Source: Alphaproteobacteria bacterium
GTDB taxonomy: Bacteria > Pseudomonadota > Alphaproteobacteria > CALKHQ01
Length of the DNA: 64,000 nt
Direction: 5' to 3'
Assembly (NCBI GenBank): GCA_965227515.1
Contig: CBDDFZ010000001.1
Span: 3,040,001-3,104,000, forward strand
Numbering within the stretch: the first letter of the stretch is position 1; each line of letters begins with the position of its first letter. Below, piece after piece: positions 42,512-51,471 of the stretch. The notes beneath the pieces are model-generated. The model saw nothing but the letters and a program-made list of their open reading frames with translations, was not told the DNA's origin and made no database searches. A program made the position numbers and the translations under genes.

Positions 42512-45500
42512 ATGGGGACACCGACCGACAACACCACGGATGACGAAGACGGAACCGGGCCGGAGCCCGGCGGCGCGCCTTCGGTCGTGCGCATATTCCT
42601 GTCCTCGCCGGGCGATGTGGTGCCCGAGCGCGACACCGTCAGCGCCCTGGTCGAATCGCTCAATCTTTCCCAGCGCGACGGCGTGCGGATCGAGCTGATC
42701 CGCTGGGAAGATTCCTACTACACCGCCGACAGCACATTTCAGGACCAGATCGTCAGCCCGGCCGCCTGCGACCTGGTCATCCTGATCCTCTGGAGCCGCA
42801 TCGGGACCGAGCTGGCCGGTGTCGACTACCAGCGCGCCGACGGCTCACCCTATCGCAGCGGCACCGAGTACGAGTTCGAAGCCGCCATCGAAGCCGCGCG
42901 CCGGACCGGACGCCCCGATGTCTTCGTCTACCGCAAGACGGCGCCGCCGCAGATCGCGCCCGACGACGAGGCCGGCAACGCGCAGTGGCGCGACTTGCAG
43001 GCGTTCTGGTCGCGCTGGTTTGTCGACGGTCAGGGCCATTTCGTCGCCGCGCACCACGACTTCGCGTCGGTCGATGCCTTCGAGCACAAGATCGGCCAGC
43101 ACTTGCGGCAATGGCTGCACGAGCGCCGCCAGATCGCCACCATCACCTGGCCGGAGAGCAAGGGCTCGCCGTTCCGCGGCCTGGAGGCGTTCGACGCCGA
43201 GCACGCCGCCGTCTATTTCGGCCGCCGCGCCGCCATCGGCCAGGCCCTCCGGCGGTTGCGCCATGCCATCGCGGCCGGCTGCGGCTTCCTGCTGGTGATC
43301 GGGCGGAGCGGTGTCGGCAAGTCCTCTTTCGTGCGGGCCGGCCTGGTGCCCGCGCTTCAGCGTGGCGAAGCAGGGCAGGTTGGCGACGCGTTGACCTGCA
43401 TCGTGCGTGGCGACGATGGCTGCGCGGGCGTGATGGCGGCGATCGCCGGCGTTCTGGGCAATGTCGGGCCTGATGCCGCCGGGCTGGCCGACGTCGATCC
43501 CGAGGACGGGGTCAGGGCGGTGGCCGCCGCGCTGCGTGCCGAGGGCGGCCGGCCGGCGCGACGCCTGATCCTGGTCGCCGATCAGTTCGAAGGTCTGTTC
43601 GGGCTGCCACGGGCCGAGCAGGACGCCTGTGCCAGCTTGCTGGCCGGTCTGGCACATTGCCCGGACGTGGTCGTGATCGCGACACTGAGGGTCGACTTCT
43701 ACCGGCAATACCAGGACCACGCCGAACTGGTGGCGCTGAAGGACGACGGTGTGTCGTTCGACCTGCTGCCGCCGACCAAGGCCGATATCAGCGATATCAT
43801 CCGCGGGCCCGCCGCCGCCGCCGGGTTGCAGTACGATTTCGACCCGGCCACCGGCAACGGCCTGGACGACGTGCTGCTGGAGGCGACGAACCAGGCCGAC
43901 GCCCTGCCGCTGCTCGAGTTCACCCTGGACGAGCTCTACAAGCGCAGGCAGGCGGCGGACGGCAAGGGCGGCAGCGCGCGCCTCACGTTCGCGGCCTACC
44001 GGGAACTGGGCGGGCTGGAGGGCGCGATCGCGGAACGCGCGGATGCGGAGTTCGCGCTCCTCGACCCCGCCGCGCAGGCCGCCTTGCCGGCCGTGCTGCG
44101 GGCGGCGGTCACCACCGCCGGTTCCGACGGCGACCGCTTCATCCAGCAGCCGATGCCGCTGTCGCGGTTCGCGCCGGGGACCAGCGAGCGCCGGCTGATC
44201 GACCGGTTCGCCGACCCGCGCGCCCGCCTGATGGTGACCGTGACCCAGGGCGGCCAGCAGATCGTGCGGCTGGCGCACGAGGCACTGCTGACCCACTGGC
44301 CGCGCGCGGTGGCGCAATTGGAGCGCGACCGCCAGCTCATCGTGGCGCGAGCCCGGCTGACCGAGCAGGCGAACCGCTGGCACAACGCGACCGCGGAGCG
44401 CGACAGCCTGTTGTTGCCGCCGGGCCTGCCGCTGAGCGAGGCCGAGGCGGTGCTCGACCAGGACGGGGCCAGCCTGCCGCCCGACGTGGTCGCCTATATC
44501 AAGGCGTCGTCCAGCGCCAATGTCAGCCGGCTTGAGCAGGAGACCGCCATCGCCAAGCGGGCCGCGCGCCGCGCGCGCATCGCGCTGGTCGTGATCACCC
44601 TGCTGGGATTGACCACGGCGGCCGGTGCCGGCGTCGGCTTCCGGTTCTGGCAGCAGGCCGAGGAGCAGGCCGAACTGGCGCAGGACCGCGCGACCTTTGC
44701 CGAGGAGCAGCAGCAGGCGGCGGAGGAAAACCAGGCCCTGGCCATCGATGCCATCAACATCCTGGTCAGCGACGTGGTCGACCGGCTGCGCAATGTCGCC
44801 GGCGTGCGGGTGGAGGTCATCGTAGACATCCTGGGCAAGGCTGAGGCGATGCTGGCGGTCATCGAGGAGCGCACGGAAGAACCGCCTGACATGCTGCGGC
44901 ACCGCCAGGCGACCATGCACTGGTCGTTCTCCCGCTCATACCAGCGGCTTGGCGAAGTGGGGCCGGCGCTGGCCAGTGCAGAGCTGGCGCGCTCGCTGCT
45001 GGAAGACCTGGTGGCCGACCCGGATGCGCCGCTGCAGTGGCGGGCGGACCTGATCCGAGTGATCCAGCACCAGGGCAATATCGTGATGACGCAGGAGGAC
45101 CCGCTGGTGGCGGCCTCGATGTTCCGCGACGCGGTGGAACGCGCGAACGCACTGGTCGAGGTGGACCCCGATACCGTGGAGTGGCAGCGCGCTTTGAGCT
45201 CCAGCCACATGTACCTGGGCGATGCGTTGCTGCAGGGCGGTGCGTGGGAAGAGGGCAGGGCGGAGCTGGCTGCCGACCTGGCGATCAGCGAGGCCCTCTA
45301 CGATGCCGACCCCGACAATCCGACGCTGGCGCGCGACCTGGAAGTCAGCCTGGGCAGGCAGGCCACCATCCTGCAGGCCGACGGCAGGCTCACCGACGCC
45401 TTGGAGATGGCGCAGCGGGTGGTCGAACTCGCCGAACAGCGGCTGGCCAACGACCCGGACAATACCGCCACCGTGGCCGATGTCACCCATAGCTATGACG

Positions 45501-46717
45501 CCATGGGCGGCATACTGCTCGAAATGGAGCGGTTGGTGGAGGCGTTTGACACCTATCAGCGCGCATTGGAAATCAACCTGTCGATGATGGAGCTGGATCC
45601 GGGCGACACCGGTTGGCAGCGCGCCGCGCTCATCGACTACGAGAGCCTGGGTGAGGTCTCGCTGCGGCGGGGTGATCTGGAAGCGGCACTGGAATTCTAC
45701 CGCCTGGGCCTGGAGTTGCAGGAGGATCTGAGCGCATCCGACCCCGGCAACATTCGCTGGCAGCGCGATCTGCTGATCTCGCTGTTTTACAAGTCGTACG
45801 TCCTGGACCTGTTGGGCGAGTACGAAGAGGCGCGCGAGGTGGCGGCAGAGCGCCTGCGGCTGGCGCGGGAACTGGTCACTGCTTACCCGGATGTACTGGA
45901 CTTGCGGCGCGATCTTTCGGTCTCCCTTGAGACGCTGGGCGACCGCGAGCTCGCTCTTGGCAACCTGGAAGAAGCCCGCGCGCTGTACGAAGAAAGCCTC
46001 GCTATCGTGCGCGAGATGGTCGAGTTGCAGCCGCAGAACGGCGTCTACATCAATGACCTGGCGTTCACCTTGCTCTGGCTGTCGGAGATTCAGCTCGAAC
46101 TCGGCGATGGCGATGCCGCCCTGGCGTCCCTGGACGAGGCGGTCCAGCTCTCCGAGCAGCTCGTGGCCGAAAACCCGGGCAACGTTGAACTGCAACGCGA
46201 CCTGTCGGTGATGTATGCCGAGCTCGGCGCGACCCATCTCAACCTCGAAAATCTGGATGAGGCCCTTGCGGCATATGAGCAGGACATGGCGCTGGCGCAG
46301 GAGATCCTGGCTCAAGATCCCGACAACATGTCGCGCCAGCGCGATGTTGCCTTGAGCCATCAGACCCTGGCTGACGTCTATTATTCCCAAGGCAGGCTCG
46401 ATGCCGCCCTGGAGGAATTCGAGGCGGCGTTGCGCATTTTCCAGACCCTGCACGCGGCGCCGTCCGACAGTGCCCAGTGGCACATCGACCTGATCAATAC
46501 GCACTATTGGATGGCCCTGGTCGAGATCGACATGGAAAGGACCGACGACGCCCTCGCCAACCTCGGCAAGGCCCGTGCGCTGGTCAATGCCTACCTGGAG
46601 GACCGGCAGGATGCCGGGGAGGTCGCGGATTTCGGGCTTGAGCTGGATGCCATGATCGCCGAACTGCGGAACCCCGTGCCCGATGTCGAGCCGGAAGATG
46701 CGCCCGTTGACCAATAG
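42512..46717 (+). CDS. STAND (nSTAND1-like) NTPase: DUF4062/TIR-like N-terminus, TM helix, C-terminal TPR-like repeats
   Basis: RIFLSSPGDV..ER...LWSRIGT...SGTEYEF; PFRGLEAF...YFGR; Walker A GRSGVGKSS; Walker B LILVADQFE; LPLLEFTLDELY; AHEALL.HW; TM IALVVITLLGLTTAAGAGVGF; DP.N..WQRDL repeats. Confidence 0.88.
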   Translation: MGTPTDNTTDDEDGTGPEPGGAPSVVRIFLSSPGDVVPERDTVSALVESLNLSQRDGVRIELIRWEDSYYTADSTFQDQIVSPAACDLVILILWSRIGTELAGVDYQRADGSPYRSGTEYEFEAAIEAARRTGRPDVFVYRKTAPPQIAPDDEAGNAQWRDLQAFWSRWFVDGQGHFVAAHHDFASVDAFEHKIGQHLRQWLHERRQIATITWPESKGSPFRGLEAFDAEHAAVYFGRRAAIGQALRRLRHAIAAGCGFLLVIGRSGVGKSSFVRAGLVPALQRGEAGQVGDALTCIVRGDDGCAGVMAAIAGVLGNVGPDAAGLADVDPEDGVRAVAAALRAEGGRPARRLILVADQFEGLFGLPRAEQDACASLLAGLAHCPDVVVIATLRVDFYRQYQDHAELVALKDDGVSFDLLPPTKADISDIIRGPAAAAGLQYDFDPATGNGLDDVLLEATNQADALPLLEFTLDELYKRRQAADGKGGSARLTFAAYRELGGLEGAIAERADAEFALLDPAAQAALPAVLRAAVTTAGSDGDRFIQQPMPLSRFAPGTSERRLIDRFADPRARLMVTVTQGGQQIVRLAHEALLTHWPRAVAQLERDRQLIVARARLTEQANRWHNATAERDSLLLPPGLPLSEAEAVLDQDGASLPPDVVAYIKASSSANVSRLEQETAIAKRAARRARIALVVITLLGLTTAAGAGVGFRFWQQAEEQAELAQDRATFAEEQQQAAEENQALAIDAINILVSDVVDRLRNVAGVRVEVIVDILGKAEAMLAVIEERTEEPPDMLRHRQATMHWSFSRSYQRLGEVGPALASAELARSLLEDLVADPDAPLQWRADLIRVIQHQGNIVMTQEDPLVAASMFRDAVERANALVEVDPDTVEWQRALSSSHMYLGDALLQGGAWEEGRAELAADLAISEALYDADPDNPTLARDLEVSLGRQATILQADGRLTDALEMAQRVVELAEQRLANDPDNTATVADVTHSYDAMGGILLEMERLVEAFDTYQRALEINLSMMELDPGDTGWQRAALIDYESLGEVSLRRGDLEAALEFYRLGLELQEDLSASDPGNIRWQRDLLISLFYKSYVLDLLGEYEEAREVAAERLRLARELVTAYPDVLDLRRDLSVSLETLGDRELALGNLEEARALYEESLAIVREMVELQPQNGVYINDLAFTLLWLSEIQLELGDGDAALASLDEAVQLSEQLVAENPGNVELQRDLSVMYAELGATHLNLENLDEALAAYEQDMALAQEILAQDPDNMSRQRDVALSHQTLADVYYSQGRLDAALEEFEAALRIFQTLHAAPSDSAQWHIDLINTHYWMALVEIDMERTDDALANLGKARALVNAYLEDRQDAGEVADFGLELDAMIAELRNPVPDVEPEDAPVDQ

Positions 46718-46759
46718 CCTGCGACCGATCCCGCTGTCGCATGGGCGGCGCGTATTGCG

Positions 46760-48562
46760 ATGACGGACTGCGATCTGGAGGCCTGGTTGCGGCAGGTGAA
46801 CGAGGAACTGCGCGCGGGCGAGCTGTTGCAGGCCTTCGACACCGCGCAGCGCGGGCTCGAGCAGCATCCGGGCGCGTTGCCCCTGCGGGTGCGCGCGTTG
46901 CAGGCGCTGTGCCGGGCCGACGTCACCGAACACGCTGCCGAGCTATACAATGCCTGGGAGCTTGACCAGGCGGTCGATCACGACGCCATGGCGCTGAGTG
47001 CGCGCATCGCCAAGAACCGTGCCGGGCGTGCGCGGGGCGCGGACCAGCGCAACCTCTACCGGCGTGCCGGCGCGGCCTACAAGGCGGTGTTCGACCGCTA
47101 TGGCGGCCACTACCCGGCCGTGAACGCGGCGACCACATTCCTGTTCGCCGGCGACACCGACCTGGCGCATCTGATGGCCGAGCGCTGCCTGGCCACCACC
47201 CAGGCGGGCGCGGGCGAGCATCCGGCCGAGCGCTATTACAGCCTGGTCAGCCGTGCCGAGGCGCTGCTGGTGCTAGGCGACGACGCCGGTGCCGCAGAGC
47301 ATGTGCGCATGGCCGCCGACATGGGCTTTGCCGATCTGTCCGCCCGTGCCTCGACCCGGCGCCAGATGCGACGCATATGCCGCCTGCGCGGCATCGATGA
47401 CGGCCCGCTGTTGTCGCCATTGGCGCCGCCGCGCGTGGTCCACTTCGCCGGCCACCGCATATTCGACGCGCCGGAAGCGCGCTTCCCGATGGCGCAGGAA
47501 GACGACGCCCGTGCCGCCATCCGCCACGCAATCGCGAAGCACGACGTCGGCCTTGCCGTCGGTTCGCTGGCCGCCGGGGCGGATATCCTGTTCGCCGAGG
47601 CGCTGCTCGATGCCGGTGCCGACCTGACCGTGGTGCTTCCCTGTGCGCGGCAGGCTTTCGTCCCGGTCTCGGTGGCACCGTCGGGATCGGACTGGGTGCG
47701 CCGGTTCGATGCCTGCCTGGAGCGTGCGCACCGGGTGATCGAGGCGGGCGATGACCGGCGGCTCGATCACGACAGCGCGTTCGACTACTGCAGCCGGGTC
47801 TCCATGGGGCTTGCTCTCTTGCAGGCCGCGCACATCGACGCCGACCCCCTGCAGATTACGCTATGGGACGGGGTCGACAACGGCCAGGACGTCGGGACCG
47901 AGGCCGACATCCGCACCTGGGCGGCGCGCGGGCTGGAGGCGCAGGTCGTGCCGGTGACCTCCAGCTACAAGGCGCCGACCGCCGCAACGCCGATGACCGA
48001 TGCGTTCGAGCAGCGCATGATGGCGATGATGTTCGCCGACGCCCAGGGCTTCAGCCGGCTGACCAACGACGACATCCGGCGGTTCCACGCCCGGGTGACC
48101 CACCGGGTCGCGACGGTGCTGGACCGTTTCGACGACCACGTGCTGGACCGCAACACCTGGGGCGACGGCCTGTTCGTGCTGTTCGACGACGTATCGACGG
48201 CGGCGGAGGTGGCGACCACCATCCAGCAAACGCTGAAGGACGACGCGGCCGACCTGGGCGATGCGGCGGCGGAGGCGTTCCGGCTGCGCATGTCGCTGCA
48301 CGCAGGCCCTGTATTCGCCTATGACGACCCGGTCCGCGGCTGCCGCTCCTACACCGGACGGCACGTCACCCGAGCCGCGCGCCTGGAGCCGATCGCGACC
48401 CTGGGCGACGTGTTCGTGACCGAATCGCTGGCGGCGTTGCTCGCCTTGCAGGCGCCGGACCGCTTCGCATGCGAATATGTCGGCCACCGCACCCGCGCCA
48501 AGGCAGCCGGGACGGAGCGCATGTTCAGCTTGCGCGCGCTGCCGCCTGGCGGTGCGCTGTAG
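46760..48562 (+). CDS. TPR (DUF4071/TRAF-binding-like) + SLOG-like + class III nucleotide cyclase fusion
   Basis: ARIAK...YPAVNAAT...AEALL helical domain; HFAGH...GSLAAGADILFAEA...VVLP...WDG...GT SLOG-like motifs; MFADAQGFS, TWGDG, RMSLHAGPV, AARLEP cyclase motifs. Confidence 0.85.
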   Translation: MTDCDLEAWLRQVNEELRAGELLQAFDTAQRGLEQHPGALPLRVRALQALCRADVTEHAAELYNAWELDQAVDHDAMALSARIAKNRAGRARGADQRNLYRRAGAAYKAVFDRYGGHYPAVNAATTFLFAGDTDLAHLMAERCLATTQAGAGEHPAERYYSLVSRAEALLVLGDDAGAAEHVRMAADMGFADLSARASTRRQMRRICRLRGIDDGPLLSPLAPPRVVHFAGHRIFDAPEARFPMAQEDDARAAIRHAIAKHDVGLAVGSLAAGADILFAEALLDAGADLTVVLPCARQAFVPVSVAPSGSDWVRRFDACLERAHRVIEAGDDRRLDHDSAFDYCSRVSMGLALLQAAHIDADPLQITLWDGVDNGQDVGTEADIRTWAARGLEAQVVPVTSSYKAPTAATPMTDAFEQRMMAMMFADAQGFSRLTNDDIRRFHARVTHRVATVLDRFDDHVLDRNTWGDGLFVLFDDVSTAAEVATTIQQTLKDDAADLGDAAAEAFRLRMSLHAGPVFAYDDPVRGCRSYTGRHVTRAARLEPIATLGDVFVTESLAALLALQAPDRFACEYVGHRTRAKAAGTERMFSLRALPPGGAL

Positions 48563-48623
48563 GCAAGGGCGCGGCGACAATTCGATATGGACGCTGGGGG
48601 AACTCCGGCAATAGATTGAAATC

Positions 48624-49319
48624 ATGGATAGAAAAGCCGCCATCTTGAAGAACACCGACTTGTTCGCCGGTTGCCCGGACGAAGCGCTGGCCGATCTGGC
48701 GCGGGCGAGCCTGCTGCAGGTGGTGCCGGCGAAGAGCTCGGTCTTTGCCAAGGGCGACCCCGGCGACCGGCTGTTCGTGGTCGTCTCCGGCAAGGTGCGT
48801 ATCAGCACGACCGGGCCGGACATGCAGCAACTGACGCTGAATATCCTGGGGCCGGGCACGCTGTTCGGCGAGGTGGCGCTGCTCGACCACGGTGCGCGCA
48901 CCGCCGATGCCGACACCATAGGCGCCTCTGAGCTGCTGTCGCTGCGCCGGGCCGATATCGAGCAGGTGCTGCTGCGCCACCCGGACGTCAGCATGCGCAT
49001 GCTGGCGACCCTGTGCGACCGGGTGCGCTGGATCAGCGCGCGCTACGAGGACTCCGTGTTCCTGGAACTGCCGGCACGGCTGGCGAAGCGCCTGCTGATC
49101 CTGGACGACATGTTCGGCACCGAACGCGATGGCAAGCGGGTGATCAACCTGAAGATGTCGCAGCGCGACCTCTCCAACGCCATGCACGTCACCCGCGAGA
49201 GCATCAACCGCACGCTGCGGCGCTGGCAGGACGACGGGTTGCTGACCTTCGAGGACGGCGTGATCACGGTGCTCGACCGCGGCGGGCTGGAGGCCGCGGT
49301 GTTGGTCGAGAAGGGCTAG
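48624..49319 (+). CDS. Crp/Fnr family transcriptional regulator (cNMP-binding)
   Basis: FAKGDPGD.LFVV.SG.V, FGEVALLD...RTADA phosphate-binding cassette; HTH SQRDL....VTRESINR; no Fnr Cys cluster. Confidence 0.93.
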   Translation: MDRKAAILKNTDLFAGCPDEALADLARASLLQVVPAKSSVFAKGDPGDRLFVVVSGKVRISTTGPDMQQLTLNILGPGTLFGEVALLDHGARTADADTIGASELLSLRRADIEQVLLRHPDVSMRMLATLCDRVRWISARYEDSVFLELPARLAKRLLILDDMFGTERDGKRVINLKMSQRDLSNAMHVTRESINRTLRRWQDDGLLTFEDGVITVLDRGGLEAAVLVEKG

Positions 49320-49350
49320 AAACCGGTCATCCTTCGTTAGTTATGCGAGG

Positions 49351-49366
49351 TGTGCGCTGGTTCACA
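49351..49366. promoter_or_regulatory. CRP-like site TGTGC-GCTGGT-TCACA just downstream of the crp gene
   Basis: One mismatch to consensus within the extended palindrome AGGTGTG-N8-CACACCT. CATATC at 49388-49393 fits a -10 element for a site centred at -41.5. Confidence 0.55.
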
Positions 49367-49438
49367 CCTGATGGCGGCGGGCGTCGCCATATCTCCAACC
49401 ATGAAGGCGCGAAGTCGCCCACGGTTTGGAGAGTTACC

Positions 49439-49864
49439 ATGTATCGCCCACTGCATGTGTTCACCACACTCACGCTCCTGTCCCTGGCCATTGGCGTTGC
49501 GATGGTGTTCCGCGACGCGGCGCTCATTCCCGGTCTCACGCTTAGCGATCTGGCCCTGCCGGCCGGCTTGCTGGCGGTGGAACTGGCGCTGATCCTGTGC
49601 GCGGCAAGGGACCTGCGCTGGGCTCAGTACGTTTATGTCTTCCTGTTCTTCTTCGGCGTGGTGTTTCGCCTGGCCGCGGTATCGGACCTGTTCGGCGCCG
49701 ACCCCTTCGCCGGCATGGTGATGCTGATCGCCTTCGTGCTCAACGCCATCGGCGTCGGTGCGCTGTTCATGGAACTGAACGCCCAGCGCCGAGCCCAGAA
49801 CCGTCGGGCCGAAACGCAACTGGCGGAAAAGTCCGGAACGAGCGCCAGCCACGCCGCGATCTGA
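49439..49864 (+). CDS. Four-TM hypothetical membrane protein
   Basis: GGAGAG RBS; MYRPLHVFTTLTLLSLAIGV... with four hydrophobic segments and a basic C-terminal tail. Confidence 0.72.
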   Translation: MYRPLHVFTTLTLLSLAIGVAMVFRDAALIPGLTLSDLALPAGLLAVELALILCAARDLRWAQYVYVFLFFFGVVFRLAAVSDLFGADPFAGMVMLIAFVLNAIGVGALFMELNAQRRAQNRRAETQLAEKSGTSASHAAI

Positions 49865-49872
49865 CCAACCGC

Positions 49873-49917
49873 ACGCCAAGCACCGACCAACGCCAAGCCC
49901 CGACCAACGCCAAACAC
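49873..49917. repeat. 17-bp tandem repeat (about 2.6 copies)
   Basis: ACGCCAAGCACCGACCA ACGCCAAGCCCCGACCA ACGCCAAACAC. Confidence 0.6.
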
Positions 49918-49989
49918 TGGCGCACGCGTCGGCGGGTTTGCCCGCCGGCGCTTTCGCGTGCGCGCAGGGAGCGCCTTCATGGTCAGTTG

Positions 49990-50781
49990 TCACGGCAGGG
50001 GCGGTGCGTTCGGCAAACCGGGTGTCGGGTCGGGCGGTCCCGGGATCTGGCCGGGCGGCGCGAAGGGTGTGCCAGGCATGGGCATGCTGTCCGGCGCACT
50101 TTCTTCCAGTGGCGGCAATGCGGGCGGTGGAGCGGGGGCGGCGTCGCGCGCCGGGGCGAACGATAGAGCCCCATAGAGCGCCCCCATCGCCAGCAGCCAA
50201 CTGCCCATGATCCGCGCAGCGGTGATGAACCAGCGGCGGCGGACCAGGCGCGCGGTCAGCGCAACGCCGGCGACCAGCCAGAAAGCAAGCAGCGCACCGA
50301 CGCGCTGGATCGTCGGGTCGTGCAGGCTCGGGTCGGTCAAGGCAATCGTCAGCCAGACGGCAATGCCGCCTAAGAGCGCCATTGGCGGCAACAGCCAAGG
50401 GCGCAGACGGGCGCCCGGCACCAGGGCCAATCCGGCGACGAGACAGGCCAAGGGCACAGTGACCTGGGTCGGGGTTGCGATATCGGGAACCTTGCCCAGC
50501 AGCTCCAACAGCCAGTCCCGCGCCAAGTAGCCGGCCGCGAGACCTGCGCCGAAGATCGCTTGGCCGGCCAGCGCATGCCATCGCGGCGCGACGGCGACCG
50601 CAATGCCGAGACCGAGCAGCGGCAGCATCCGTATGGCCGAGGTGCCGTTCGCCGCCAGCCACCACCCCAGGCGCCCTTCGCCCAACTGGGGCACCATGGC
50701 AAGCGTAACGGCCGCGACCGCCCACCCGACGAGCAATGCCGGGCCTGCCCATCTGGTCAGCAATGTCGGGCCGGCCGGCAT
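49990..50781 (-). CDS. Multi-pass membrane protein (divergent HupE/UreJ-like)
   Basis: About 7 TM segments, ARIMGSWLLAMG C-terminal helix, Pro-rich tail; directly follows the HupE/UreJ gene. Confidence 0.65.
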   Translation of the reverse strand: MPAGPTLLTRWAGPALLVGWAVAAVTLAMVPQLGEGRLGWWLAANGTSAIRMLPLLGLGIAVAVAPRWHALAGQAIFGAGLAAGYLARDWLLELLGKVPDIATPTQVTVPLACLVAGLALVPGARLRPWLLPPMALLGGIAVWLTIALTDPSLHDPTIQRVGALLAFWLVAGVALTARLVRRRWFITAARIMGSWLLAMGALYGALSFAPARDAAPAPPPALPPLEESAPDSMPMPGTPFAPPGQIPGPPDPTPGLPNAPPLP

Positions 50782-50787
50782 GATGCC

Positions 50788-51456
50788 TCAGGCGAACAGG
50801 AAATAGACACCACCGAGCGCGATCAAACCGCCAAGGGCGCGCGCCAAGCGGCCGCCCATGGGCTTGGCGAGGACCAATCCGACCCCGATGCCGACCAGGT
50901 GGATCGCGCCGGTGGCCACCACGAACCCGACCGCATAGTCGGCCGGGTCGGCGGCGTCGGGCAGCTCCATGCCGTGCGCGTGCCCGTGGAAGACGGCGAA
51001 GATGCCCACAAGCAGCAACGCAATTGCTTCGGGCGCGCGCCAGGCCGCCGCGATCGCGCCGCCCAAGACGATGATCGAGACCGCAATCCCCGTCTCGATG
51101 CCGGGGACGTCCAGGCCCAGGATGCCGACGATGCCGCCGCAGACCATGATCAGCGGAAACACGATCGGTAGCGACCAGACCGCCCGCCCGCCCATCTGCG
51201 CCCCCCACAGGCCGACGGCGAACATCGCCAGGAAGTGGTCGATGCCGGTGAGCGGATGCTCAAGCCCGCTGCCGAACCCGCCCGCACCTGAGGTCAGGAT
51301 GTGCGCCTCGGCAGGATGAGCCGTCAGCACGCCGGCCATGGCGGCAGCCATCGCCAGCGCAAGAGGCGTGGCCGTATGCCGCCAAGGCTGACCTATGCCT
51401 TGGCGCTCGGGGCATCCAAGCTCGAGGCGCGCAAATCCGTCTTTGGTTAGCGGCAT
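50788..51456 (-). CDS. HupE/UreJ family metal permease
   Basis: AEAH...GLEHPLTGIDHFLAM, FAVFHGHAHG.E, IHLVG. Start uncertain. Confidence 0.9.
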   Translation of the reverse strand: MPLTKDGFARLELGCPERQGIGQPWRHTATPLALAMAAAMAGVLTAHPAEAHILTSGAGGFGSGLEHPLTGIDHFLAMFAVGLWGAQMGGRAVWSLPIVFPLIMVCGGIVGILGLDVPGIETGIAVSIIVLGGAIAAAWRAPEAIALLLVGIFAVFHGHAHGMELPDAADPADYAVGFVVATGAIHLVGIGVGLVLAKPMGGRLARALGGLIALGGVYFLFA

Positions 51457-51471
51457 GATAGACCCCCAATT

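Noticed and set aside
42512-49319. Assignment to a named defence system (Avs, Thoeris, Pycsar, CBASS)
   Set aside because: It shares parts with these, but there is no CD-NTase, no SIR2/nuclease effector and no standalone ThsB, and the cNMP receptor is a DNA-binding Crp. The architecture fits none of them.
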